This document shows positions 1-9,572 of a DNA stretch of 32,000 nucleotides, one piece after another (within the stretch, counting starts at the first letter, position 1; the number at the start of each line of letters is the position of its first letter). The translations under genes were made by a program, and so were the position numbers. Origin of the DNA: Candidatus Scalindua sp. (GTDB taxonomy: Bacteria; Planctomycetota; Brocadiia; Brocadiales; Scalinduaceae); contig JALDRA010000001.1 in NCBI GenBank assembly GCA_031316235.1, positions 1,170,001 through 1,202,000 of the forward strand, in the 5' to 3' direction. The notes under the pieces are model-generated. The model was not told the origin of the DNA. It ran no database searches and saw nothing but the letters and a program-made list of their open reading frames with translations.

Positions 1-926
1 CTTGAGTTTATAAGGGCTGCCTGGACCTGTTTCTTCTCTGGATGACGCTTGCTGTACCCCACTGCAAATTTACGGAAATACCGTACGCTCTTTAGCATCG
101 GGCGAATTTCCGCAATCAGCTCATAGTGTGTCAGTAATACTTCTCCCTGTTCCGCCAGGCTTGGTCCTTCCGGTTTCGGCCTGCCTTCCCACAATGCACG
201 TGCCTCTTTGAATATCCAGGGATTGCCGATAGCGCCTCTTGCTATGATCACCCCGTCAAGCCCGCTCGTCTTCAGTCGCGTAATTACGGTCTCAGCATCC
301 ATTACGTCACCGCTGCCGATAATGGTTGCCTGGGGAAGCTGCCGTTTCACCTCTGACAGTAACTCCCAATCACCCATGTCCCGGTACATGTTTTTAACCG
401 ACCTGCCGTGGATGACGATCCCGTCAACTCCTTCGGCAACCGCTCCCTGGCAAATCTTCCAGAACCTGTCAAGCGACTCCTGGCTGCTGTCAAATCCCGT
501 GCGTAATTTTATGGTGAGAGGACAGGAAACGGCATTTCTTACGGCTTGAATAATTTTGATCACGGAATCGGGCTCCTTCTGCAGGTATCCGCCACGGTGG
601 CGCCTGAGAACCTTTGGAGCCGGGCAGGCAAAATTCAGATCAATCAGATCAAAACCAACATTGACAAATGATGCAGCTGCACCCGCCATCGTTTCAGGAT
701 TTGCACCGAGGATTTGGGCACCGACGGGACTCTCATCGGCTCCGGGCCGGAAAAACAGTTTGCGGGAGGCTTTCTCATGCAGGGCGATCATGTCGAGGAG
801 AACTCCCGTATAGGTAAGGGGCGCACCATATCTGCGGGCCAATAAGCGCATCGCCCGGTCTGTATACCCACTTAAGGGTGCCTGGTAAAATGGTACTTCA
901 AGGTTAAGGTTACCCAGTTTCAACAT
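1..926 (-). CDS. dus: tRNA-dihydrouridine synthase (Dus family); C-terminal end cut by window edge
   Basis: Absent from the ORF track because it runs off the window. My minus-strand translation from the ATG at 926 gives MLKLGNLNLEVPFYQAPLSGYTDRAMRLLARRYGA..DLNFACPAPKV..TIKLRTGFD..VIHGRSV..GSGDV..ARGAIGNPWIF. This is the Dus TIM-barrel motif series, including the catalytic Cys. Plus-strand ORFs 208-549 and 556-813 are antisense shadows. Confidence 0.85.
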   Translation of the reverse strand, partial: MLKLGNLNLEVPFYQAPLSGYTDRAMRLLARRYGAPLTYTGVLLDMIALHEKASRKLFFRPGADESPVGAQILGANPETMAGAAASFVNVGFDLIDLNFACPAPKVLRRHRGGYLQKEPDSVIKIIQAVRNAVSCPLTIKLRTGFDSSQESLDRFWKICQGAVAEGVDGIVIHGRSVKNMYRDMGDWELLSEVKRQLPQATIIGSGDVMDAETVITRLKTSGLDGVIIARGAIGNPWIFKEARALWEGRPKPEGPSLAEQGEVLLTHYELIAEIRPMLKSVRYFRKFAVGYSKRHPEKKQVQAALINS

Positions 927-978
927 TATTCACCGCTTTCTTTTTTGTGCTTGAACGGAAATGCTCTGGTTCGGCTAC

Positions 979-1090
979 TATACTAAAACCGATTTGGTTT
1001 TCGGTTTTTCTGGAAACCAAATCTTGGTGAAGGCATACTCGCTCCATATTATCTCGGATTTTATCCGAAAACCAGTATGAGATAAGTATA
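979..1090 (-). repeat. MITE-like repeat family A, short form (112 bp)
   Basis: Reads tatactaaaaccgatttggttttcgg...ccgaaaaccagtatgagataagtata. It aligns end to end with copies at 17538 and 26505 and has TA flanks on both sides. It lies about 50 nt upstream of the dus start. Confidence 0.85.
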
Positions 1091-1240
1091 TTTATTCTGA
1101 TATCTGTAAATATCCTATTGTAAAACAAATTTGGCTTTAGCGCAATCGATCAGTGAAAATAAAGCTGTCACCTGAACAAAGTAAGACAACGTGTAACGTG
1201 TCTGCCCGCCTGTCCAATCAGTTCGGGCAGGAACTATGAA

Positions 1241-1450
1241 TCAAGGAAAAATAAACAGTGTAATAAAAATTGTTATCATGGTAGCTGGTGCAGTCCCCAC
1301 ATTCTCTTCCCGCTTTACCTCGTATTCCTCCGGCCTGTGATACCTATAGCCTCTAGAATCCCTTGTACCACAACACCAGATGACTAACATAACAAAAAAA
1401 AATTGCTTGATTTGATTACAGGGTTTGGATAGTGTAATTTCGCTTCTCAT
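1241..1450 (-). CDS. hypothetical small protein with two hydrophobic stretches (doubtful)
   Basis: A 69-aa ORF with AGGAG 3 nt upstream of the ATG and two hydrophobic segments. I recognise no homology, so it may be spurious. Confidence 0.25.
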   Translation of the reverse strand: MRSEITLSKPCNQIKQFFFVMLVIWCCGTRDSRGYRYHRPEEYEVKREENVGTAPATMITIFITLFIFP

Positions 1451-1488
1451 ATTCTCCTGACAAGTAAGATAAGTGAGAAGTTATTCGT

Positions 1489-1605
1489 TATACTCAACTT
1501 ACAATACTTTTCGGATACAATCCAAGAAAAGCGGAGCGGGTATACCAGCAATCAGGCTCTGGTTTTTAGAAAAAATTCTAAAATCAGATCGGTTTGATTA
1601 TATAC
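1489..1605 (+). repeat. MITE-like repeat family A, divergent subfamily, short form
   Basis: Reads tatactcaacttacaatacttttcggatacaatcc..aaaagcggagcggg..ctctggttttt..atcagatcggtttgattatatac. It shares the aaaagcggagc core with the copy at 16269-16409. It ends 18 nt before the symporter start codon. Confidence 0.65.
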
Positions 1606-1623
1606 AAAAATATCGAAGAATAA

Positions 1624-3147
1624 ATGATATCCCTACTTGACTGGCTCGTAATTCTCCTCTACGCAGGTATCGTAATCACCTTTGGTTATTTCGCAGGAAA
1701 AAAGGAAAGCACAACTGACGACTATTTCCTGGGCAGCCGTAAAATGCCCTGGTTTTCCGTCATGATCTCCATTTACGCCACATCACTTTCCGCACTTACC
1801 TTCATCGGTGTACCGGGCGCTGCATTCGGCGGTGATTTTGTCTACCTGCAGCTGGCGATCGGCGATCTGGCCGGCCGTGTTCTTATATCAGCCCTGCTCT
1901 TAACCGCATACTACAAGAGTCGGATAACAACTATTTATGAATTTCTCGGTCACCGTTTTGGTCCGAGAAGCCGCGATGCCGGGACCGGGTTTTTTATCCT
2001 CACGCGATCACTTGCATGCGGTGTCCGCCTGGCAGGCTGCGCCATCGCCCTTTCCGTGGTCTTTGATATACCTCTTAACAGAGCAATCGTACTCATCGCC
2101 GCAGTAGCCCTTGTCTATACCACCCTGGGGGGAATCAAGGCCGTCATATGGACCGATACACTCCAGTTCTTTCTCTTTCTGGGAGGGGCATCCGTAACCC
2201 TGTTTGTTATCTGGTCTACCATTCCGGGAGGATTTGGTGAATTTTTTCGAATCGGTTCAGAATTTGGAAAATTCCGGATCCTTCATGTTTCCGCCTCACC
2301 ATCCCACCCTGACTTTTTTTTGAACCTCAACAACCCGAATGCACTTGCAGCTGGTTTACTGTTCGGGTGTTTTACCACATTTGCGGTACTCGGGACCGAC
2401 CAGGACCTTGTTCAGCGGATGCTGACGTGCGACCATGTCAGGAAGAGCCAAAAGGCCTTACTCTGGACCGCGATACTTAATTTCCCCATCACATTTCTTT
2501 TTTTATGTGTGGGAGCCGCCCTCTTTGCGTATTATAGAGTGGTACCTGATTCGACTGTTGATGCTTTTATTGCCACCCGCCACACCGATTACATTTTCCC
2601 CCATTTCATCAAAACCGTACTGCAGCCCGGATTGCGCGGTCTCTTGATAGCAGCACTGCTTGCAGCAGCCATGTCATCGCTTGATTCTGCCCTTAATGCC
2701 CTCGCTTCCACCTTCTATATTGATATTTATAAACGATATATCCGGCCGGAAACAGATGGAAAACATGCGGTGAGGATATCCCGTTTTTTTGTCGTACTGT
2801 TTGCCGCCGCCCTGACAGTCATAGCCATGAAGTTTGGTAGAACCGAATCTGTCCTGTGGCTTGGATTCAGGATTTTTGGTTATACGTATGGCGCCATGAT
2901 CGGAATCTTCCTCCTTGCCGTACTTACCCGTAATCGCGGAAATGACATTGCCAATATTTTCATCATGATAACGAGTGTAATCGTGGTTGTTTTTCTGACT
3001 GCGGATTCAGTCGAACCATTCCAGGAAATCCGTTCAACGCTGCTCTCCCCTTTAGGAGTAGACAAAATTGCCTGGAAATGGTCGATTATAGCAGGTTCAA
3101 TATGGACATTTGGAATCGGTGCTCTTTTTCCAAAGAAGTCACACTAG
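1624..3147 (+). CDS. sodium:solute symporter (SSS/SLC5) family transporter
   Basis: A 507-aa polytopic membrane protein. The N-terminus DYFLGSRKMPWFSVMISIYATSLSALTFIGVPGAAF is typical of the SSS family. Substrate cannot be determined. Confidence 0.8.
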   Translation: MISLLDWLVILLYAGIVITFGYFAGKKESTTDDYFLGSRKMPWFSVMISIYATSLSALTFIGVPGAAFGGDFVYLQLAIGDLAGRVLISALLLTAYYKSRITTIYEFLGHRFGPRSRDAGTGFFILTRSLACGVRLAGCAIALSVVFDIPLNRAIVLIAAVALVYTTLGGIKAVIWTDTLQFFLFLGGASVTLFVIWSTIPGGFGEFFRIGSEFGKFRILHVSASPSHPDFFLNLNNPNALAAGLLFGCFTTFAVLGTDQDLVQRMLTCDHVRKSQKALLWTAILNFPITFLFLCVGAALFAYYRVVPDSTVDAFIATRHTDYIFPHFIKTVLQPGLRGLLIAALLAAAMSSLDSALNALASTFYIDIYKRYIRPETDGKHAVRISRFFVVLFAAALTVIAMKFGRTESVLWLGFRIFGYTYGAMIGIFLLAVLTRNRGNDIANIFIMITSVIVVVFLTADSVEPFQEIRSTLLSPLGVDKIAWKWSIIAGSIWTFGIGALFPKKSH

Positions 3148-3204
3148 TTCACCAATACACCTGTTCAAATACTTTTTCTTTTACCTTTTTGAGAGGCTTT
3201 TATT

Positions 3205-4710
3205 ATGAATTTCCCTGCTCTGTATCCCAAAAAGACAACCCTTTTAAAAATTGTATTCTTCTGCTGTCTCCTCCCGCTGCACTCTTTCATGGGTAAGGCA
3301 TTTGCAAAGGAGGAGCTCTCTCAGATTATCGATAAACAGATACACAGTGCGGCATTGAAACATGCCCAATGGAGCGTCTACGCGGAGTATGCGGATACAG
3401 GAGAAAATATAGCTGACTTTAACGGCGAGAAAAGCCTCGCCCCCGCTTCCGGACTAAAGGTAATCAGCACGGGAGTTGCCCTCATATTGCTTGGAGAAAG
3501 CTTCCGGTTTGAAACCAGCCTCCACTATGATGGGAAAATTTCAGATACAGGGGTTTTGCATGGTAATCTTTATCTCGTTGGCGGAGGTGACCCCACCCTC
3601 GGTTCAGATCAGGTAAAGGGTTCTCCCGACCTGGAAAAAGTGATGAAAACCTGGGCGGAATCAATAAAAAAAATGGGAATCCGCCAGATAACGGGTACTG
3701 TTATTGCGGATATCTCTTTTTTTGATCAGGATACGGTTCCTGATTTCTGGACATGGTCGGATATAGGCAACTATTTTGGTGCCGGTTCCAGTGCGTTGTG
3801 TATCCATGACAATTTATACTATCTCTATTTCAAACCCGGAAGCCTTGCAGGCGACAGTGCAGAAATCATTCGAACTGAACCCAGAGTGGAGGGTATTGAG
3901 TTTGACAACCATATGCGTACGGGCAAGATCGGTTCAGGAGATAACGGATATATCTACTGTGCCCCAAAACAGCGGATTGCAACATTACGCGGTACAATCC
4001 CCGCCGGTGTTGACGAATTTGCCATCAAGGGGTCAATGCCGGACCCTCCTCTTTTTGCAGCACAATATCTTACGGAATTCTTAGTGCAAAGTTGCATACC
4101 GGTCTCCGGACCGGCAACCGTCATAAATCGACACCAGAGGTATCATAATACAAAAAAGATCTGTACCATCTATTCACCGCCATTGACTGAAATTATACAC
4201 ATTACCAACAAAAAGAGTGTCAATCTCTACGCAGAGCAGCTGGTAAAGATGATTGCACGCAAAGGAACTGGCATCGGGAGCACCAAAAGAGGTATCAAAA
4301 TAATTGAAAAGACCCTGAAATCGCTTGGAATAGATACGGGAGGATTATCTCTGTTTGACGGAAGCGGATTGTCCAGGAATACGATGGTAACAGCAAAGAT
4401 ATGTGCCAGATTCTTATCGGCAATGGCAAAACAGAAGTCATTCGGTACATTTTACGACTCAATCTCAATTGCCGGAGACCCGAACGATAGAGGCCACGTA
4501 AAAAGATTCGGCGCAGGAACTCCTGTCGCCTGTAATGCAAGAGTGAAGACTGGATATATAAAAGGTGTGCGGAGCCATTCAGGTTATATCCGCTCTCACT
4601 CCGGAAGACTCATATCCTTTTCACTCATCTGCAATAACTTTTCCTCTCCTATAAATATTATTGACACAATTCACGAATCAGTCCTGGTCAAATTAGCAAT
4701 GCTGCCATGA
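3205..4710 (+). CDS. dacB: D-alanyl-D-alanine carboxypeptidase/endopeptidase, PBP4 (peptidase S13)
   Basis: It has a signal peptide and the three motifs SxxK (PASGLKV), SxN (DGSGLSRN) and KTG (VKTGYIKG). GGGDPTLG and a length of 501 aa are also typical of PBP4. Confidence 0.85.
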   Translation: MNFPALYPKKTTLLKIVFFCCLLPLHSFMGKAFAKEELSQIIDKQIHSAALKHAQWSVYAEYADTGENIADFNGEKSLAPASGLKVISTGVALILLGESFRFETSLHYDGKISDTGVLHGNLYLVGGGDPTLGSDQVKGSPDLEKVMKTWAESIKKMGIRQITGTVIADISFFDQDTVPDFWTWSDIGNYFGAGSSALCIHDNLYYLYFKPGSLAGDSAEIIRTEPRVEGIEFDNHMRTGKIGSGDNGYIYCAPKQRIATLRGTIPAGVDEFAIKGSMPDPPLFAAQYLTEFLVQSCIPVSGPATVINRHQRYHNTKKICTIYSPPLTEIIHITNKKSVNLYAEQLVKMIARKGTGIGSTKRGIKIIEKTLKSLGIDTGGLSLFDGSGLSRNTMVTAKICARFLSAMAKQKSFGTFYDSISIAGDPNDRGHVKRFGAGTPVACNARVKTGYIKGVRSHSGYIRSHSGRLISFSLICNNFSSPINIIDTIHESVLVKLAMLP

Positions 4711-4922
4711 CACAACTACCCCGGTACCGATATCTTACTTTTGATATCCTGCAACCAGATTTTTGTAATCAATTATGAGAGGAAACAGTCATCTCTCCAG
4801 GTTATCTCCCATGAAAAAAACACTTGCATAATTTTCTCCTGCGCTTATAATCGCACTTTATTGCAGTGTTTCTCTAATTATTCACAATCACCTAATTTTA
4901 AGCGCTTAATTGCAGATTTATT

Positions 4923-5540
4923 ATGAGAATCCATTTACCCCTTACTACTCTTATTTTTTCTTTCATATTCTTATCCGCACAGCTTCCCTCTCTGGTGGAA
5001 GCTGGTGAGCCTGAGCACATTAGCTTACGTTCCACATGTAGGGAGTTATCACAATCTGAAGAGTCAGCATGGCGGAAATCAATGAGCGAAAAGTATAAGG
5101 ACAACGTTAATGGGGACAGAATTATTAACCACAATTACACGTTGGACACGATAAATGATGATACCGTGGTAATTGATAAAGTTACCGGACTCATGTGGCA
5201 CCAGTCAGGTTCTGAAGTGGGAACAACCTGGCAGGATGCTGAGGAATGGGTGAAGAGCATGAACAGTAAAAAATATGCAGGTTTTACTGACTGGAGGTTG
5301 CCGACCCTGGAAGAGGCCGCATCACTGCTGCAGACGGAAGCAAGCGATAATGGACTGTACATAGACTCGTTATTTGATAGAAAACAGAAATATATCTGGA
5401 CCGGTGATCTTTACGTTGATCCCGATTGGTGGTACGTCGACTTTGACGAAGGCAAGACTATGTGGAGCAGTAAGTGGATTTATGGTTTTAACAGGAACCT
5501 GCGAATCAACTTCGTCCGCCCTGTTCGCACACATAAATAA
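4923..5540 (+). CDS. secreted DUF1566 (Lcl C-terminal-like) domain protein
   Basis: It has a signal peptide (LSAQLPSLVEA). The segment DKVTGLMWHQ...WQDAEEWVKSMN...YAGFTDWRLPTLEEAASLL matches the DUF1566 signature. Confidence 0.7.
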   Translation: MRIHLPLTTLIFSFIFLSAQLPSLVEAGEPEHISLRSTCRELSQSEESAWRKSMSEKYKDNVNGDRIINHNYTLDTINDDTVVIDKVTGLMWHQSGSEVGTTWQDAEEWVKSMNSKKYAGFTDWRLPTLEEAASLLQTEASDNGLYIDSLFDRKQKYIWTGDLYVDPDWWYVDFDEGKTMWSSKWIYGFNRNLRINFVRPVRTHK

Positions 5541-5544
5541 TAGA

Positions 5545-5685
5545 TTTACTCATCTCATACTGGATTTCGGATAAATTCCGAGATAAAATTGTGAGAGTAA
5601 TGTTCTCGGGGCCTTTTGTCCGGGGATAACTTCAACGAGGATCTGGTTTCAGGTAAAACCAAAAACCAGATCGGTTTTGGTATAC
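5545..5685 (+). repeat. MITE-like repeat family A, long form (141 bp)
   Basis: Reads tttactcatctcatactggatttcggataaattccgag...gttctcggggccttttgtccgggga...atctggtttcaggtaaaaccaaaaaccagatcggttttggtatac. It starts 4 nt after the DUF1566 stop codon. Confidence 0.85.
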
Positions 5686-5795
5686 CTGAATTCGTTTTGT
5701 CCGGCTCCCACCCCTCTCGATGAGACTCAATCTTCACGCTCCCTCTCTGAGCATTCGGTCCGGAAACTTCCAACCGACCGGTACTCGTCTCTTTT

Positions 5796-5935
5796 TATAC
5801 TCATCTCATACTGGATTTCGGATAAAATCCGAGATAAAATTGTGCGAGTAATGTCCTCGGCGTTTTCTGTTCAGGGATACCTTCACCAGGATCTGGTTTC
5901 AGGCAATACCGAAAACCAGATCGGTTTTAGTATAC
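5796..5935 (+). repeat. MITE-like repeat family A, long form (140 bp)
   Basis: A direct repeat of the 5545 copy, 251 bp downstream. It carries the same terminal repeats and the internal hairpin tcctcgg/ccgggga. Confidence 0.9.
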
Positions 5936-6299
5936 TTCCAAAAAGATTATGTCCTTTGACAAAACCGATAAAATGTATACAATATTATCCACAGTCAAAC
6001 GAATTGATTGAGAACAGGTATGGTAATACTCTCATTTTTTCTTTTCAAATCATTGCATGGAAATCCCTTCGCAGTGAATCCTGAGGATCAGCATTCACAT
6101 TACAAGCTCTTTTGAAGCAATGAGATACACTCTGCTGTTTCTTCCGGCATGCCATTTGTTCCTAATACCCGTGGGCAGAAGAATCATGTACCATATCAAA
6201 CGTTCTCTTTCTCTGTTTGGACAAAGAGGTTTTTCTCTGGTAATTTGTTTTAAATTTCCAGTAGAATGAATTTGTTATCAAAATCGTTTACCCAATGAG

Positions 6300-7055
6300 G
6301 TGATTATGAAGCAAAAAATAAAAGATTATTTCCCTTTTGCATTTCTATTAATTCTGTTAATGAGTGGCTGTTCTCTCATAGATACCATTAAAGGAGAATT
6401 CAGTGCCTCAAAAAAGAATGATAGTGACCGCAAAAATGAAACCATCCAGCAAAATACTACGAGCACCATAAGTAGCGTTGATCTGGAAAATACTCGCAAA
6501 AGTGAAATTTTACAGGTACAGGAAAATACCAGTACCGGCAAAAGTGAAGTTATTAAAAAGAGTAGTGATGAAGTAATATTGGTACCCGCCAAACTTAAGG
6601 ATGAACAAGATGCAGCTATCAGGCAGGAGAGACAATTACCTGTTTATGGCTATGTTGAAAATGTACTCCTTGGCCCAGGCAAGTTACAACTTAAGGCAAA
6701 GCTTGATTCCGGGGCAAAGACCTCTTCGTTGAATGTGTTGGATCTGGTAGAATTTGAACGTGATGGAAGTCAATGGGTCAGATTTAAAATGATTGATCCC
6801 TCAGTTAATGAGGAAGTGGAGTTTGAGAGAAAAATTGAACGCCATGTAAAAATCAAGCAATATGGTGCTGAAAGTGAAAGACGGCCTGTTATCATGATGG
6901 AGGTGCAATTGGGAACCATTCACCTCGAAAGGGCGTTTACGCTAACGAAGCGAAGCGATTTCATCTACAAGGTGTTAATAGGCCGTAATGTCCTCAACGG
7001 ATTTGTACTCATAGATACCTCCCGAACATTTACGACAAACACCGGTTTAGAGTAA
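6300..7055 (+). CDS. lipoprotein with retropepsin-like aspartic protease domain (PF05618 putative ATP-dependent zinc protease / RimB-like)
   Basis: It has a lipobox, LLMSG|C. A retropepsin D-S-G-A motif (KLDSGAKTSSLN) has its Asp codon at 6705-6707. The domain pattern VYGYVENV..LKAKLDSGA..FERDG..WVRF..IGRNVL matches. The likelier start is the ATG at 6306, with GAGG 6 nt upstream. Confidence 0.75.
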   Translation: MIMKQKIKDYFPFAFLLILLMSGCSLIDTIKGEFSASKKNDSDRKNETIQQNTTSTISSVDLENTRKSEILQVQENTSTGKSEVIKKSSDEVILVPAKLKDEQDAAIRQERQLPVYGYVENVLLGPGKLQLKAKLDSGAKTSSLNVLDLVEFERDGSQWVRFKMIDPSVNEEVEFERKIERHVKIKQYGAESERRPVIMMEVQLGTIHLERAFTLTKRSDFIYKVLIGRNVLNGFVLIDTSRTFTTNTGLE

Positions 7056-7061
7056 GAAAGA

Positions 7062-8591
7062 ATGAATTCAAAAATACAGTTTTATATTATCATTTTTTTC
7101 CTGGCCCTCATAGGATTTGGACTCACTTTTTACAAATGCATGTTCCTGGGGTTTCCTTTGTTCCCGGGGCAGCATGAGGAAGTTTGGACTGTTGAGGCGA
7201 AAGTTAAGTTTATGGCTAAAGGCGGTCCGGTAAAGGCATCCTTCCTCATACCTTCAGTTACACCGGGCTACACCATCAAGAGTGAAGATTTTGCATCAAC
7301 CAATTATGGTTTCAACAAAACAAAAGATGAATTTGGCTATCGAGCAAACTGGCATGCACGAGATGTAAAAGGAATTCAGACACTTTACTACCGGGTTCAA
7401 TTCTTCGGTTCTATCCGTTCTACCCCTGCTCCCCTTGAAGAAGAGCCAAAACTTCCCCCTCCGCCGTTTTTTGCTGAACCGTACAGAACAGCAGCTGACA
7501 CGTTGATAGAACTGACACGGAGCCATTCCGCAGACACTGCTACATTCACCGGGGAGTTGCTGAGGAGTTTGAATTCCCCTTCCCGTTCACAGAATATTAA
7601 TCTTCTTTTGAGGGAATACAATACCGATGAATCTAAAAATGAGCTCATCCTCTCACTTCTCACACGTGCAGAAATTCCTGCCCGGATTGTAAGAGGGCTC
7701 TTTCTTGAGGACGGCATCCAGAATCATCCGCTCTCCGATTTGATACAGGTATATGATGGTACTGAGTGGATATTCTATAATCCTCTTAACGGAAAAAGCG
7801 GTTTACCGGCAGATTTCTTTATCTGGCAGGAAGGGGGAAAATCGTTGTTCGATCTTATCGGGGGAGAAGATTCAAACGTCTCGTTCTCGATCAGCAGGAA
7901 TCTTCGTACCTCTCTGGAATTGGCTGCGTATAGAGCAAAGTCCAATGAGGCCAAATTTATTGATTTCTCGATATACAGCCTGCCCATTGATAAGCAGAAT
8001 TCGCTTACACTGTTACTCCTGGTTCCCATAGGCGCACTCGTGGTGGTTATCATGAACAACATTGTTGGAATTCCTACTTCCGGTACCTTTATGCCCATAT
8101 TAATAGCAATGTCTTTCAAACAGACAGAACTCCTGCCGGGCCTCTGTATGTTTTGTATCATTATTGGTGCTGGCCTGCAAATCAGGTCTTACCTGTCTCA
8201 TCTGAACCTTCTGTTCGTCCCGAGAATTTCAGCCGTAGTCATTGTAGTCATTTTGCTCATGTCATGCATGAGTGTCTTCAGTTTCAAGCTCGGAATACGG
8301 CATGGACTCGGTATCACTTTCTTCCCAATGATCATTCTCTCATGGACGATTGAAAGGATATCCATCATCTGGGAAGAACAGGGACATAAGGAGGCACTGA
8401 CTCAGGGAGCCGGCAGTTTACTGGTGGCCTGTATTGTCTTTTTGGTAATGGAGAACAGCATTGTTGAACACCTCACTTTTACTTTCCCTGAATTGATTCT
8501 GGCGAATCTGGCAACAATTTTACTAATTGGCAATTACACTGGATACCGGATCTCCGAATTACGCCGATTCAAATCGATGATCAAGGAATAA
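7062..8591 (+). CDS. inactive transglutaminase-like domain fused to a 7TM module (PF14400 + PF14402 type)
   Basis: It has an N-terminal TM helix, a roughly 300-aa extracytoplasmic domain and a C-terminal polytopic block containing GIPTSGTFMPILIAMSF. It starts 6 nt after the protease stop codon. Confidence 0.7.
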   Translation: MNSKIQFYIIIFFLALIGFGLTFYKCMFLGFPLFPGQHEEVWTVEAKVKFMAKGGPVKASFLIPSVTPGYTIKSEDFASTNYGFNKTKDEFGYRANWHARDVKGIQTLYYRVQFFGSIRSTPAPLEEEPKLPPPPFFAEPYRTAADTLIELTRSHSADTATFTGELLRSLNSPSRSQNINLLLREYNTDESKNELILSLLTRAEIPARIVRGLFLEDGIQNHPLSDLIQVYDGTEWIFYNPLNGKSGLPADFFIWQEGGKSLFDLIGGEDSNVSFSISRNLRTSLELAAYRAKSNEAKFIDFSIYSLPIDKQNSLTLLLLVPIGALVVVIMNNIVGIPTSGTFMPILIAMSFKQTELLPGLCMFCIIIGAGLQIRSYLSHLNLLFVPRISAVVIVVILLMSCMSVFSFKLGIRHGLGITFFPMIILSWTIERISIIWEEQGHKEALTQGAGSLLVACIVFLVMENSIVEHLTFTFPELILANLATILLIGNYTGYRISELRRFKSMIKE

Positions 8592-8594
8592 TAT

Positions 8595-9557
8595 ATGATA
8601 TTTGCGAGTCCTTTCAAGCTCTCAAAGTGCGGTATCCTGGGAATGAATATGCGCAACCTGGACTTCGTACTCAGGTATAATCCAAGGCATCTCTACCCTA
8701 ATGTGGACAATAAGTTAAAAACAAAGCTTCTCGCTGAAGAGGCCGGTATCCCTGTCCCAAAACTTTATGGGGTTATTCAGTTTCAACACCAAATAAAACA
8801 TTTACCAGAACTCCTGGAGAATTATGATCAGTTTGTCGTCAAGCCTTCGAAGGGGAGCGGAGGAAAGGGTATTCTTGTTATTTCAGGCAAGCAAAGAGGT
8901 ACCTTCGTAAAAACAAGCGGCTCTTTGATCTGTCAGAAAGAACTAAATCGACATGTTTCAAATATTGTGAGTGGTCTCTACAGCCTTGGAGGACAGATCG
9001 ACAGCGCCATGATTGAATATTATGTTAATTTTTATCCTCTCTTTAAGGATATCAGTTATCAGGGAGTACCCGACATCAGGGTTCTCCTTTTCCAAGGGTA
9101 TCCTGCCATGGCAATGATACGGCTTCCAACAAGGTTATCTGATGGAAAGGCAAACCTGCATCAAGGGGCTGTTGGCGTTGGGATAAATATTCAAAGCGGC
9201 AGAACCTTAGGCGGAGTATACCATAACAGACCTATTGAAAATCATCCCGATACCGGTATCTCTTTCAAAGGCATATCAATTCCAGACTGGCATGGCCTGC
9301 TTATACTTGCTGCCCGATGTTATGAGATCACAGGTCTTGGTTACATGGGAATAGATATCGTTCTGGATAATGATCATGGCCCAATGATTCTTGAACTTAA
9401 TGCAAGGCCGGGTCTGGCCATACAGGTAGCCAATAATGCGGGTCTGGTTCCCCGCTTACGAAAGATTGAGAAGATGGCATCACAGAAACTTGATATCGAA
9501 CAGCGTGTCTGTTTTGCACAGAGTAATTTTGATGGGGATCCCTTACAACACTTTTAA
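8595..9557 (+). CDS. alpha-L-glutamate ligase-related ATP-grasp protein (RimK-related, TIGR02291 type)
   Basis: GILGMNMRNLDFVLRYNPRHLYPNVDNKLKTKLLAEEAGIPVPKLYG and the ATP-grasp segments FVVKPSKGSGGKGILVI and MILELNARPGL match this family. It starts 3 nt after the upstream stop codon. Confidence 0.8.
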   Translation: MIFASPFKLSKCGILGMNMRNLDFVLRYNPRHLYPNVDNKLKTKLLAEEAGIPVPKLYGVIQFQHQIKHLPELLENYDQFVVKPSKGSGGKGILVISGKQRGTFVKTSGSLICQKELNRHVSNIVSGLYSLGGQIDSAMIEYYVNFYPLFKDISYQGVPDIRVLLFQGYPAMAMIRLPTRLSDGKANLHQGAVGVGINIQSGRTLGGVYHNRPIENHPDTGISFKGISIPDWHGLLILAARCYEITGLGYMGIDIVLDNDHGPMILELNARPGLAIQVANNAGLVPRLRKIEKMASQKLDIEQRVCFAQSNFDGDPLQHF

Positions 9558-9572
9558 ACGAAACCGGAAAGG

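Noticed and set aside
208-813. Plus-strand ORFs 208-549 and 556-813.
   Set aside because: They are antisense to the well-supported Dus coding frame, which runs off the window and was therefore missed by the ORF track.
910-1128. ORFs overlapping the family-A repeats (910-1128, 5555-5773, 5677-6084, 15914-16126, 15991-16203, 17392-17640, 17424-17678, 26515-26784). They share peptides such as DKIRDK and LVSGKTENQIGFSI.
   Set aside because: The shared peptides simply reflect translation of the same repeat DNA. The frames, orientations and ORF boundaries differ between copies, and short and long forms break the frame. There is no RBS. These are non-coding repeats.
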